Assembly (NCBI GenBank): GCA_047495785.1
Contig: JBLDXI010000054.1
Location: 1,612,001 to 1,676,000 of the forward strand
Direction of reading: 5' to 3'
Length of the DNA: 64,000 bases
Origin: Lepidodermella squamata
Lineage: Eukaryota > Animalia > Gastrotricha
Shown here in pieces: positions 12,235-25,229 of the stretch. Both the position numbers and the translations under genes were made by a program. The notes under the pieces were generated by a model. It saw only the letters and a program-made list of their open reading frames with translations. It searched no databases and was not told the DNA's origin. Each line of letters starts with the position of its first letter. Position 1 is the stretch's first letter.

Positions 12235-14174
12235 ATGAGACAACGGAAGCGCCGAATCGCCATTATACTATGGCTAATTAGCTTCATATGGTCAATTTAT
12301 GTCGTTCAATCGATATGGGAGCGATTTTTATTTCTAACAAGCAATGAACCGTATCAAAAATTCGTTTTGAACGAACCGAACGGAGATGGTAAGCCGGTCG
12401 TGCCAAATTTACATGGCGAAAATGGCGCCGCGGTGTATGTCGATCGGAAAAAGCTTGACCGGGTTGACTTGCAGCGATACTCACAAGATTTTTTCTACTA
12501 TCACATGAGCGCTTTCACATCTGATGCTGTCTCCCTTCACCGCTCTCTGCCGGATAAGCGACATCCAGATTGCCTGGTTATCAGTTATCCAATCGATAAA
12601 CTTCCAGATACATCAGTGGTGATAACTTTCTACAACGAAGCTTGGTCCGTTCTGCTGAGAAGTGTCCATTCAGTGCTTGATCGATCGCCGGAAAGCTTGA
12701 TCAAAGAAGTTTTATTGGTGGACGATTACTCGGATCTTGATCACCTACAGCAGCCGCTTGAGGATTACGTCAAGCATTTCCCCAAAGTTAGACTGGTTAG
12801 GCTAACGGAAAGACATGGCCTTATTAGGGCCCACAACAAGGCGGCTGAGCTGGCGACGGGGACTGTCGTGACGTTCTTGGATTCACATATTGAAGTTCTG
12901 CCAGGGTGGCTTGAACCTCTCTTGTATAGGATCTATCAAAATGAGACGGTTGTTGCTATTCCAGTCATGGAGGGTATAAATGGCACAACCATGGCGTATG
13001 AGGAAGGAATCCCTGAAATGGTTGGCATCTTTCACTGGGATTATCTGCTGCAAAACTGGATAGTGGTGAGTTTGGATGAGTAGCTCGGAAAATAATTCAA
13101 AATTCAAACCATTACAGCTGACTGAATGGCGTAAAAAGCTTCGAAGTAAACACTCCGACCCTATTCTTAGCCCTGCCCATATGGGCGGTCACCTTGCGAT
13201 TCGCAGGGACTTTTTCCTCAAACTCGGGAAGTATGACGAAGGTTTTGAGATATGGGGTGAGTAAATCCGATTTTAAAATGGATCTTTCAGCATTTTCTCC
13301 TCGTTTAGGCTCTGAAAACTTGGAGTTGGCCTTGAAGGCATGGATGTGTGGAGGTAGCATGGAGATCCTACCTTGTAGCCGGGTTGGCCACATTGTTCGA
13401 AAAGCCGTGATGCCACGAATCCTGCCATATGCCCATCCTTATGCCCCAATCAAATTCTTTTTCTTGAGAAATAACATTCGCTTAGCTGAGACTTGGCTCG
13501 ATGATCATCGCTTCTACTACTATCACACCCTACCCGTACCATTAAGCAATGATGTCGATGTTTCTGAGAGGAGGAAGCTCCGTGATCAGCTGAAATGTAA
13601 ATCCTTCAACTGGTACATGAACAACGTGTATCCTGAGGGGTTCAACCCAATGGAAACTGAGGCGGCAGGGCAAATTAGAAGCATCGAATACAATCACTGC
13701 CTTGAATCAAGTTCTAATGGTGATCTCAAGATTCGTAGATGCCGGCAACCTAAGAGTGAGTCATTCAAATTTCTCAGAGAGATTCGATCTTTTGGGTTTA
13801 TTTCATTTAAAGAAAGTCAAGAATGGTACTTGACAAAGCATGGCCAAATAAGGCGCGAGGAACTCTGTTGGCAAATCTGGGACACATCTTTAATAGCAAA
13901 CCAATGCCACTTCGACTACACCAAAACATCGTTAGTTCAAAAGTTTGAATATCTCGACGTAAGTTTATCCAAAGTTCGATCTATCATTATTATACATGAG
14001 CTTTCTTGAAATGTTTAGAACAAGTTGATTCGGAGCTCATTCTTAAATGCCTGTTTGACTTTTTTTGACTCAAAGCTGTTATTCCTGCCATGTGATGCTG
14101 ATATTCCATATCAGCTATGGGACTGGAAGCGGGGTCTCGCCGATTTCATGCCCCAGCGGCGGCCAATTGAATAA
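12235..14174 (+). CDS. GALNT: Polypeptide N-acetylgalactosaminyltransferase (GT27), copy A, with divergent active-site motifs
   Basis: Exons about 12235-13065, 13118-13256, 13309-13755, 13813-13958, 14019-14174. N-terminal TM segment, [18 protein letters not shown] (DxH), WGSENLE, PCSRVGH, ricin-type lectin C-terminus. Family-level symbol only. Confidence 0.92.
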
Positions 14175-14394
14175 ATGTCTTTCAAATAAAATTGCCTTTT
14201 AACAGCATATGTTAAATGTCTCGATCCTTGCTGATTGCTGAATACTGAATATTCTCATACGGCGAGCTGGTGACTCATCAGTTTTTAAAAAAAAACAGGA
14301 CTGGGGATCCAAAATCGTTGCCAATTTTTTTTCTTAGAAAATGGTTTTCGGCGAAGTGCAAGGGCACTATTGAAATCAAACTCTACCAAAGCCT

Positions 14395-14822
14395 AAAAAT
14401 CTACCTATCCCTAACCTAATCCTAAGCCTAACCCTAATCATGACCCTATTTCTAATACTAATACGAGCCCTAACCCTAACCCTAATCCTAACACTTATAA
14501 TTAATTAATTTTTCTTTGTGGCATTTAGTTTTTTTTTTATCAATTTTCAATTTCAGACGAATCCGTTTTTCATTCCGACCTTTAACGAGTGCATTGATCT
14601 AAGCGGAAACGAAGTGAAATTAGCAAGACTCAACCAGTGCCAATCAAAAATGGAACTAATCCTAACCATAACCCCAACCCATCTTCTAACAATTATCCCA
14701 ACCCCAGCCCTAACCCTATTCCCAACCCTATTTCTAACCCCATTCCTAACCCAATTCCTAATACTAATCCCAACCCTAACCCTATTCCCATTCCTACCCC
14801 TATTCCTAACACTAATACCAAT
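14395..14822 (+). repeat. Degenerate CCCTAA-like hexamer arrays (about 14395-14495 and 14655-14822)
   Basis: ccctaaccctaaccctaatcctaac and variants ccctat, cccaac and cctaat are directly visible. Confidence 0.85.
14545..14657 (+). pseudogene. Orphan copy of the GALNT-B last exon, with its splice acceptor, frameshifted
   Basis: tttcagACGAATCCGTTTTTCATTCCGACC...GAAGTGAAATTAGCAA...ACCAGTGCCAATCAAAAATGGA is homologous to 17346-17455 and has a short deletion at the AKCD codons. Confidence 0.8.
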
Positions 14823-15180
14823 TATCGTTTTGCTGAAAATCATAATTTTATTCTAAAAAATGTGTAGGAATAGTAATATTGTCATACAGCAATATGAATG
14901 AAAGAACAAGTCGAACAATTCGACGTTAATTTAAAGAAAAAATCGATGAAAAAACTCAAGTTGTTATTAAGTTGTATTTTTTTCCGACATCCTTGTTACC
15001 TCCATTCATCAATTACTGCTCTCCTCAAACAATAGCCCATTCATTCGTTACTACTTCTCATACTAACTCGCTCTTCATTGTGTGTGTTAACCTTTATTAA
15101 CTTGGCGCAGTGTCTTCAATGGCCTTAAATGAATATTAAGCAAGCCGACTTAAGAGATAACCCTCACATAAAACCTACTT

Positions 15181-17588
15181 ATGCAAAGAAAATTTACCAG
15201 CCGATATTTGAAGCACCTACTCGTCGTCATCGCAATTACGTGGCTGCACTGTTTCATCTACCTAATACGACAAGGCAAAATCACTGACCTGGCTGATCAT
15301 CGGCAAAAAATCGTGAATAACCCAGATTTTCACGGCAGAAATGGAACAGGAATTCGGATTAAAAAATACACATTGGACACGGAAGACTTCAACCGATACA
15401 TCGATGGCTACATCAATAACATCTTCAACGAATTTGCCTCAGACATGATGTCCTTACATCGATCCCTGCCTGATATGAGACTACCGGAATGTAGGAATTT
15501 CAGCTATTCCGTCGATAAATTGCCGACAACCTCGATTATTATCACTTTTTACAACGAAGCTTGGTCGACCTTACTGCGAAGTATCCACTCAATTTTAGAC
15601 AGATCGCCGCCTCATTTGTTGAAAGAAATTATTTTGGTCGATGATTTGTCTGATATGGACCATTTAAAGGAACCCCTCGAGCGATATGTCAGTAATTTGC
15701 CCAAGGTGAAAATTATTCGGGCCGATGAGAGGAAAGGCCTGATAAGGGCGAGAATTTTAGGGGCGACTTACGCGACTGGGGATGTGTTGACCTTTCTCGA
15801 TTCTCATATCGAATGTACGGAAGGGTGGCTGGAACCTCTTTTACATAGAATCTACCTTGATCGGAGGAACGTTCCCGAGCCGCTGATTGATATTATTAGG
15901 GACGATACTATGGAATACGTGAAGCTGGTACCGCCGTTCCAGATGGGGATTTTTGGTTGGAATCTCTTTTACGGCTGGGCTTTTGTTAGTTTACTGGAAA
16001 CATTTTTTCGCCTGTTTTTAACAAAAAAATTAATTTTGAAGCAAGGTCCGTGGAGGGAAAAATCACGTAATAGTTCGGCGGATCCGTTTCCGGTTCCAGC
16101 GATGGCGGGTGGATTGTTTTCCATAGATCGGAAATATTTTTACGAATTAGGAACCTATGATACCGGAATGGACCTATGGGGTAAGTGAGAAAAATTTTTA
16201 ATTTCAAAATTTGCTAAAATTTGGCAATAAAATGGAAAATTTCAAAAATGGGGTGATAGAGCAATTTTTCATTTAAAAAATGTGTGGATAAAATGGAAAA
16301 TTTGAAAAATTCGGGAATAACATAAAAAAATTAAAATTTTACAATTTGTCAACAATCTGCATATATAAAATCGAAAATTTCTAAAATCTGCGAATAAAAT
16401 TGAAAATTTTGATTAAAAATCTTCGGTTAGCCCGCCAAATCTTTCCGTTTTCATTCCCGGCAAAATTCATCATTCATCATTCATCATTCATCCATTAATG
16501 GAAAAATTTATTTTTGATAATTTTCAGGCGGTGAAAATCTTGAAATGAGCATTCGAATATGGACATGCGGCGGACGCATCGAAATGGTACCATGCAGCCA
16601 CGTCGGTCACATTTTCCGCCCCGCCAACCCAACTTTCGGCCTGTTCAACTTCGCCAAAAACACGATGCGATTCGCTGAAGTGTGGCTCGACGATTACAAA
16701 AAGCACTACTACAAAAATCTGAACTACCTAGACCGGATGGCGGTTGGCCGCTATGGCGATGTCTCCCAGCGGCGTGAGCTGCGGCGAAAATTGAAATGCA
16801 AATCTTTTAAATGGTTCATCGATAACGTGTACCCTGAACTTTTCGCCCCGGAAGATGCTTTGAGGGGTGGCTTCATTTACTTACCGGATAAACGGCTATG
16901 TCTCGCTAATAATTTCGACACTCTGGATCGCAAGGAATATCAAAATTTCATTGTGGCAAAGCCGTGTGATGCGAATGATGACTCGCAAATGTGGTACTTG
17001 ATGAATCTGAAGCTGAGTCGGATTCGAAATGCGAGGGGTTGTTTGGACTACAACACGAGGGATTCTAAACTTATATCTTACTGGTGCCATTATGGGACGA
17101 CAACTCAAGATTTTAAATATTTAGATGTAAGCAAAATTGTTGAGTTTGTGCTTCGTAGAATTGAATTTAAAAAAATGTTAAATATAATTCCGTAAATTTC
17201 CATAAAAATTGAAAATTCACGGTATTGGAAATTCCCAAGAATTAATTTTGAGAAATTACATTCATTTTCTTGAATTCAAGAAGATTAACGGAATTTTACT
17301 TCATTTTTCATGATGGTAATCAGTTATTTTCCCCCCAATTTTCTATTTCAGACGAATCAAGTTTTCCATCCGACGTTCAACGATTGCCTTGAGTTGAGCG
17401 GAAGCGAAGTGAAATTAGCAAAATGCGACACAACCAGTGCCAATCAAAAATGGAGCTGGGACTCAAATGCGCCCTTCGCAAACTCAGCCAACCAAAGTAG
17501 AACTTTCGTCTTTCGATTATCAACCTCCCTCTCAATTAATTTACTATCACTGATATTTTTAGTTAATTTCGTTTCAACTGAAAGATGA
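15181..17588 (+). CDS. GALNT: Polypeptide GalNAc-transferase, copy B, with hydrophobic C-terminal tail
   Basis: Exons about 15181-15984, 16042-16180, 16528-17126, 17352-17588. Motifs [37 protein letters not shown]; ricin lectin domain. Confidence 0.95.
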
Positions 17589-17886
17589 AAGCTGATTATT
17601 TGCCTAAAAATTGAAATAAATTACTGAGAAAATTTTAGAGTTTTTGCTGAACTTTCTAAATTATTTATTCAATTTTTCTAATTTCAAAAAATGTTTCCAC
17701 TTGAATGACGCTGCGTGCGAAGACTCACATTGGTCTCATCTCGGCTGCACTTCAGAACAAAACGCACTCGAAAGCGCCGCAATTGTTGTTCATACAATTG
17801 TAAGCCGACGTGACATTATTACACCGAAAAGTTCACCTGCACATCACATTTACAAATACATTACTATTTCAAAATGTAAGCAAATA

Positions 17887-19854
17887 ATGTTAAATTCACG
17901 CCGGCTGAAACTCAGGCTAGCTCAACTGTTATTCCTCATCAACATCGCATGGCTTTACTTCGTCGTCACCGCGCTGCAGGCCTATATTCGGATCCACCTT
18001 AAAAATGCCGGAAATTTCACTCGATACAATTTCACCGAGCCTGGCGGGGAAGATTTGCCAGATATTTACGGAAAAATGGGCGAGGCAATCAAAATCGACC
18101 CATCACAGCTGGATCGGCTCAATTTCCGGCGGTATTCCGAGGGCCTATGGCAGCATAATTTCAATCAATTCGCCTCAGATATCATGAGCCTCCACCGATC
18201 TGTGCCGAATATTTTGGAAAATGAGTGCAAATCTGTGGTTTATTTGCTGGATAAACTGCCTGATACCTCGGTGGTAATTTGCTTCTACAACGAAGCCTGG
18301 TCGACCTTATTGAGGACAATTCACTCAATTCTCGACAGATCCCCTCCGAAATTGCTGAAAGAAATCATTCTAGTCGATGATTTTTCGGATTTGCCCCATT
18401 TAAAACAACCCCTCGATGATTTCATCAGCACCTTGCCTAATAAGGTCAGGTTAATTAGGTCCCAGGAGCGATTAGGCCTTATGAGGGCGCGAATGTTGGG
18501 TGCTTCAAATGCGACGGCTGCGACCTTGACCTTTCTCGATAGCCACGTCGAGTGTTCGGAATTATGGCTGGAAAATTTGATGTTTTACATCTATCAGGAC
18601 AGCAGTTTAGTCGCGGTCCCAGCAGTTGATATTATCGATTGGAAAACAATGCAATATTTACCTGTCCAGGGTAGCTTAATCGGGGCCTTCGATTGGTCGT
18701 TAACCTTCACGTGGATAGCGGTAATTTTCAATAAATTATTTCAAACTAATTCAAAATTGAGTTAGGAATACGATAGGATGCATGCAAGAGACGTCAGGCC
18801 ATCTAGGTGGAGCCCTGTCAAAATGCCGGCGATGTCTGGTGGGCTGTTTTCGATTGATCGGGAATTTTTCTATCGATTGGGTGGCTATGATACTGGAATG
18901 CAGTTTTGGGGTATGTTTCCTAATTTTTCAATAAAATTTTCAAATTAAAAATTCAAATTAAAAACTAAAAAAATTTTAATTTTAATTTTAAAAATATTGA
19001 GAAAATATTAAAAAATTTTAAGGTGGTGAAAATCTTGAAATGAGCTTTCGAACTTGGATGTGTGGTGGGAAAATTGCGATGATCACCTGTAGCCATGTTG
19101 GCCATATTTTTCGCGAGCGGGTCCCTTATCTCATCGGTGATTCATACCGGCTTCACAACAACGTCCGCCTAGCCGAAGTCTGGATGGACGACTACCGGTT
19201 TTACTACTACAACAACTTTCTAAAATCATACCCGGATACAACAAATATCGACATTTTGGAGAGGAAGAAATTACGCGAAAATTTAAAGTGTAAATCTTTC
19301 GAATGGTACCTGGACAATATTTATCCGGAATTGTTCGACCCGGTCAAAGTGTTGGCTGATGGGCAAATGCGGAATATAGGCAATAATTTGTGCGTTGAGG
19401 TCACGGTTTTCGGAATGTTCGCGCGGAGATGTGCGATTTTTCACGTTAATCAACGCTGGTCTTTGAGTAAACTCAACCAAATTAGAAGCATCTGGCTGTG
19501 TTGGCAGGTCAACCCGGAAAGTTCCGAGCTGTATCTCAGCGGTTGTGATTACAAAGAAGGCAAACCGCAGCAAGAATTTATTTACACAAAAGTAAAATTA
19601 AATTTGTGAAAATTATCAAATATTAAAAATATTTTTTTCAGGATAATTTATTGCTGAACCCTCTCACTCAGAAATGTATTGGAATCAATGACAGTGATGT
19701 GATGAATCGGCTAAAGATGATGAAATGCGACTCGACTAATGCTTCGCTCCAATGGGCGTGGAAACGCGGCCCGCCGGAATATCTCAGGCCGAACGCCTCC
19801 AATCGGCATAAATCAGTGTCAATAGGGGAAAAATTTGTATCTTCGATTTTCTAA
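17887..19854 (+). CDS. GALNT: Polypeptide GalNAc-transferase, copy C
   Basis: Exons about 17887-18720, 18766-18911, 19023-19591, 19642-19854. Motifs [42 protein letters not shown] follows the stop codon. Confidence 0.93.
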
Positions 19855-20288
19855 AATAAATTAAAATCAAAATATAAACAATAAAGTTGTTTGTGTATTT
19901 TTTAGATTTTTTATTAACACAGGTCATTTTTTTATTAGCGGTGACCGGTATGTCATCGGATCAAATTACGCTGCGTCTCAGTGTCACGCGCTCAGAAATA
20001 AAGCGCGCGCGCGCATCAAAAATAAACAAAAAATCCATAAATAGCGCGCACACAGCGCTAAATAGCCGCAATATTTTATGTGCATACCTCATCCTGATGA
20101 AAGCCTTATCACTTCACTTCACCGCACATTGCGTAGTATTGTGCGCTCACGCTGCTGCTCTTGTTTGTTTGTTATTTCATTTTCAACCTCTGCACTGTAG
20201 TAATATATAGGATTTATTATGTTCCTTATCTCTTATATATCATACTACTTTCGCTATTTACCACATGCCCTAAATAACATGTGAATGA

Positions 20289-22182
20289 ATGCTACGAAAT
20301 TTACGGCTGAGGCTTCTGTTCAGCAACCTTCTGCTAATTTTTGTTCCTGTTTGGTTAATTACAATTGCCTTGGATCGGATATTTTACGTAATATCTTCCG
20401 ATAATTCGACGAGGAATTTCGGTGAAAATGGACGGCCTGTTTTAATAGATAAATCCCGACTGGATCGATTTAGCTTACACCGCTATAATACTGGCTACTC
20501 GCGACATCGATTCAACGAATTCGCATCGGATTTAATTTCGGTCCAGCGAAATTTACCTGATTTTCGCGATGAGGAATGCAAGAATCAATCAATCAAAACG
20601 CGAAAATTACCTCGAACCTCGGTTATTATTTGCTTCTACAACGAGGCCTGGTCTGTTCTATTGCGAACAGTTCATTCCGTCTTGAATCGATCACCACCTG
20701 AATTGATTGAGGAAATAATTTTAATCGACGATTTTTCCGATCTCGACCGCCTTAAAAAGCCTTTGGATGATTACTTTTCATCTTATGCGAAAATAAAGAT
20801 TTTTCGTACAACAAAACGAGAAGGCTTGATACGAGCCAGATTGCTAGGCGTCGAAAAATCTCGCAGCGAAGTTTTGACGTTTCTCGATTCTCACATTGAA
20901 TGCACTGAAGGATGGTTGGAGCCGTTACTCTTCAGAATTTTCGAGGATAAAACCAACGTCCCAACGCCTTTGATCGATGTGATAGATGAGGACGATTTTC
21001 GGTTCAAAAACTCGTCTGCCAATTTTTACGGCGCTTTCAATTGGGACCTTCGTTTCGGCTGGCTGATTGTATGTTGGCAGCAATTTCGATGAAATTGTAA
21101 AAATTGCAATTTATGATTTCAGCTTTCAGCCAGGCGCAAGTCAGTCCTAACTTCGAAAGCTAGTCCTATTGATTCCCCAGCTATGGCCGGTGGTCTTTTC
21201 GCTATTCATCGGCAATTTTTCACTGATTTAGGCCTTTACGACTCAGGCATGGATTATTGGGGTGAATTGTTCGAAAATTTCAAATAATCCACCTTAATTT
21301 TCTTTTTCAATTTTTAGGTGGCGAAAATTTGGAGTTGAGCTTCAAAATCTGGATGTGTGGCGGTCGTTTAGAAATTTTGCCATGCAGCAGAGTCGGGCAT
21401 ATTTACCGAGTCGGAATTCCTTACCTAAAGGATGATTCAGCTTTCACGAAGAACAACATTCGATTGGCCGAAGTTTGGATGGATGATTATCAGCACTATT
21501 ACTACGATCGATTGGGCTATGAGCCACGGATCGACGATCAAAGCCTCGAGCACAGGAAATCGATTCGAAATCGATTGAAATGTCAATCGTTTGATTGGTA
21601 TCTGAAAAATGTCTTCCCCGAGCTGTTTATACCCCATGAAGCTCAATCCTCGGGACTAATTCGAAGCAACGCGGCGGAAAATTCATGTTTAACAGCTGAG
21701 AAAGCTAGGGAATTTTTAACATTGGCTTCATGTGATGGAAATGACGAAAATCAGCATTGGTTTCTTTCGAAAGATGGAATGGTGTTAAGGGATCGAATTT
21801 GTTGGCAGGTTTTTGAAAAGGGCGGGCTTCACGTCGATTGGTGTTGGAATGACAGTAACTATCAACATTTTGAACTCACCAAGGTAAGGATTTCATTTTA
21901 TATTTTTTTGAAAATTTGAAAAAAAACTTTAAATGTAATTTTCAGTTAAATCAAATCCGGCATCAATTTCTGAAAAAATGTCTCGAGGTCACCGATGATA
22001 GACGGTTAATTATGGCTCCATGCAATAACGAGGTCAAAGGTCAAATGTGGCAATGGCATCGAGGTCCTCGGGACAAAGTTCCGCGGCATTTTCTACATAA
22101 ATTAGGCATTAATTCGTCACCGAAAATCAGCTCTTTCTCGCTCAACTCGTTATTACTAACAATTTTATTAATGCTATTTTAA
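20289..22182 (+). CDS. GALNT: Polypeptide GalNAc-transferase, copy D, with hydrophobic C-terminal tail
   Basis: Exons about 20289-21068, 21123-21261, 21318-21883, 21946-22182. Motifs [35 protein letters not shown]. Confidence 0.95.
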
Positions 22183-24490
22183 AATAAATAAAACAATTGA
22201 AATGAGGAATATCTTTAAATTTCCTGTTTCTTTGATGCTTCTGTTCGGCATTTTTTCCAGCAAATGTAACGGACCTTGAGTCATTCTTCGAGTTAGCGAC
22301 CATTTTTGACGCTCATTTCTGCTCGAACACGGCCTCATGTAGGGTTCTTGGAAATTTTCGCTGATCTCTAGACAATCTCCACTTTCAACGTGCCGTATTT
22401 GCTGGGTTTTCTAGAAAAATTAAAATTAAGGAGGATTTAAAAAAATATTTGTTACAATACCTCTAAATATTCGAAAACAGTCGTCTTCCTTGCATCTTGT
22501 TCACAATGGTTGAAAGTCAGTTTTGAGCCTTCGTATGAAAGACAAGCGTAGTCCATGCTGATTTGGCCGTTTTTGCGAAAATAAAAATGTTGCCGGCCTG
22601 AGAAAAAAATTAAAGGAAAAAAAATAAAATGATGAATTTACCTCCATTATTTCCACATTGCCAAATTATGAATTTTTTCTCATCGTTTTTTATTTCCAGA
22701 CACCTATCACCGTGTCTGATGTCGCCTGAATAAATCGCTTCATCCGGTACCAAAATTTCGCTGTAGACATTTTTCAAGTACCACTCGAAAGATTTGCACT
22801 TCAAATCTGCTCGTAATTTTTTGCGATCAGTTACGTCGCCGTATTCCGGGATGTTGTACTTGAATCGTTCGTAGAAATAGAACCGATAGCCGTCCATCCA
22901 AACCTCGGCGAGTCTAACTTCATTTTTGCGTAGGAAATCGGCAGTTGTTTCGAATTTGTAAGGCATTCGGTAGCGAAAAATATGCCCGACTCGGCTGCAT
23001 GGGACATTTTCAATCGCTCCTCCACACATCCAGATTCTAAGGCTCATTTCGATATTTTCGCCTCCTAAATAAAAAAATGAAGAACGAGTATTTAACTAAT
23101 GGCTTAATTTATTACCCCAATAATCCATCCCAGCGTCGTAGGATCCGAGGTGGAAAAAATATCTGCGATCGATTGCGAATAGGCCACCAGCCATAGCTGG
23201 GGCTTTGATGGGATCCGTTGGAACTTTGGTCATTCGCTGAAAAATGAAAAACAATTAACTGAAATTTTTAAATTTCAACAATTTTGAATTTTGAATTTGA
23301 ATAAAATAGCTATTTTAGTTAGTTATTGTTAATTATTTTGAATGAACTACTTCCAATAGCGTCCCAAAATTTGGCCAACCACTTTTTATTACTTTACGGG
23401 CAAAAATCCAATTTTCTATGATCAGATAAACATCATGGCTAAGGACTCCCCATCCTAAATTCAAAAAATCGGTATTTTACTAGGATTGGCAACATTTCTC
23501 TGGATTTTTTGTGGTTGCCACAGTAGAATACTATGTACTAGTATAGTTGAATTTGAATGCTATTTTCCCGCAAAACTTGAACTTTGTCCTTCAAGTAACA
23601 AGTTCAAGTGTCCTTCAATTAACAAAAAATTCAAAGCTTTAGTTAAAATTTGGATTTTATTCAAAAAAAATTAATTTTCGAATTCTGAATTTTTTTCAAG
23701 CCCTTAACTTCGGACTTACGTAAGACCAGGTGAATCTGAGATCCCAATCGAACACGCCGACATTGTTAGGAGCTGACGGTCCATATCGGAACGTGTCCCA
23801 TTCAATAACATCAATCACAGGAATGGCAACGTTAGTCTTATTAAGGTAGATCCTATGCAGCAACGGTTCCAACCACCCTTCCGCACACTCGCAATGAGAA
23901 TCGAGAAACGTAAGGACAGTACCTATCGCCATCTCAGCGCCAGCCATTCTCGACCGAATTAAGCCTTCTCGCCGCTTGTTTCGCAAAATTTTAACCTTGG
24001 GGTAATCCTTTAAATAAGTTTCAAGCCGCGACTTGAGATGCGGCATAGTCGAGTAATCATCGACCAAAATTATCTCCCGAATTAAATGAGGCGGGGATCG
24101 GTTTAAAACAGAATGAACAGTCCTTAACAACGCGGACCAAGCTTCGTTATGGAAGCAAATTACGACAGAGGTATCGGGTAACTTTTGAGTTGGATATTCG
24201 ATGTTTTTGCAATCAGGGTGTCTAGGGTCGAATAGGCTGCGGTTGACGGAGATCAAATCCGAGACGAATTCGTTGAACGCGTTGTTTTCCATGCCTTTGT
24301 CGTACTTGCCCTGTTCGATGTAGCTCAGTTTGTTGTAGTCGATATGAACCGGATGGCCGCCCTCGCCTAATTTACCGGCATATTCCCGGCTTCGATCCCG
24401 GCCTAAGGTAGTGGCGACAAGCCAGAAGAAGGCTAGATGTAGGATTAGTAGGGCTACGGCTAGTGAAAGCCGCTTTTTACGCAGCCTCAT
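22174..24490 (-). CDS. GALNT: Polypeptide GalNAc-transferase, copy E (most canonical motifs), with hydrophobic C-terminal tail
   Basis: ORFs 23696-24490 and 22610-23047 plus small exons near 23115-23237, 22461-22597 and 22174-22410. Motifs [52 protein letters not shown]. Last exon KTQQIRH...[18 protein letters not shown]. Confidence 0.95.
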
Positions 24491-25229
24491 TTTTTCGACT
24501 TGAATTTGGCCACTTGAGCATCGTGTGACTGGGTATAAAACAACAAAAGCGTAGTAGCCGCTATTGTTACTAAGGCTTGAATAAAAAAGTTAGCGTGAAA
24601 AAGCGTAAATATCATCACAGCATGCATCCTATTGTTCCTCGAAAAAACTCAAAAAATCATGAAAATAATAATCAATTAACGGGATTAAAAATAAATCCGG
24701 AGAAATTTGGCCCAATAACCGGGTAAAATACCGAAAATACCGAACCAGTTACCATTGGGGTTTTCCTGGTTTTCTCTGGTAGCTTTTTTATTTCTTCGGT
24801 TAAATCACGGATAAAAGATGGACTTTTCTCCCGATAAGTTAAATAAAAAAAATTATTTGAATTTGCAGAATTCAATTCGCGATTTCAATACGCGGCCAAT
24901 CTCAATCTGGCCACTGAACCTTGCTGATTGCTGATTGCTGAAGCGCGGTCATAGTTCATCGGCGCCTAAAGCGAAGCGACTGCTTGCCAGTTGCCAGACC
25001 GACAGCTCTGCAGATCAAAGCGTCGGCGGAGACATAGATTGCTTTCAGAACGTTGGCCCTTATTAATTTCCATCGGATTTTGTGTCACCATCTCCGATCG
25101 ACTATTTTCCTACGCCTTTATTACTTGTCCTGCAATTATCTGTCCCATTCTTTAATTTACCATTGTCGAGCTGCCCTTTCTTGGGGGCACAACTTACAAT
25201 TAATACATTAACAATAAATAACTGGATAA

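Noticed and set aside
14553-14867. ORFs reading as (PN)n or (RVRN)n, resembling circumsporozoite-type repeats
   Set aside because: They are translation by-products of the CCCTAA-like hexamer repeat.
17644-17886. N-terminal extension of the GALNT-C ORF (and likewise 12172-12234 for GALNT-A)
   Set aside because: The downstream ATGs give the normal short basic tail plus TM segment seen in the paralogues.
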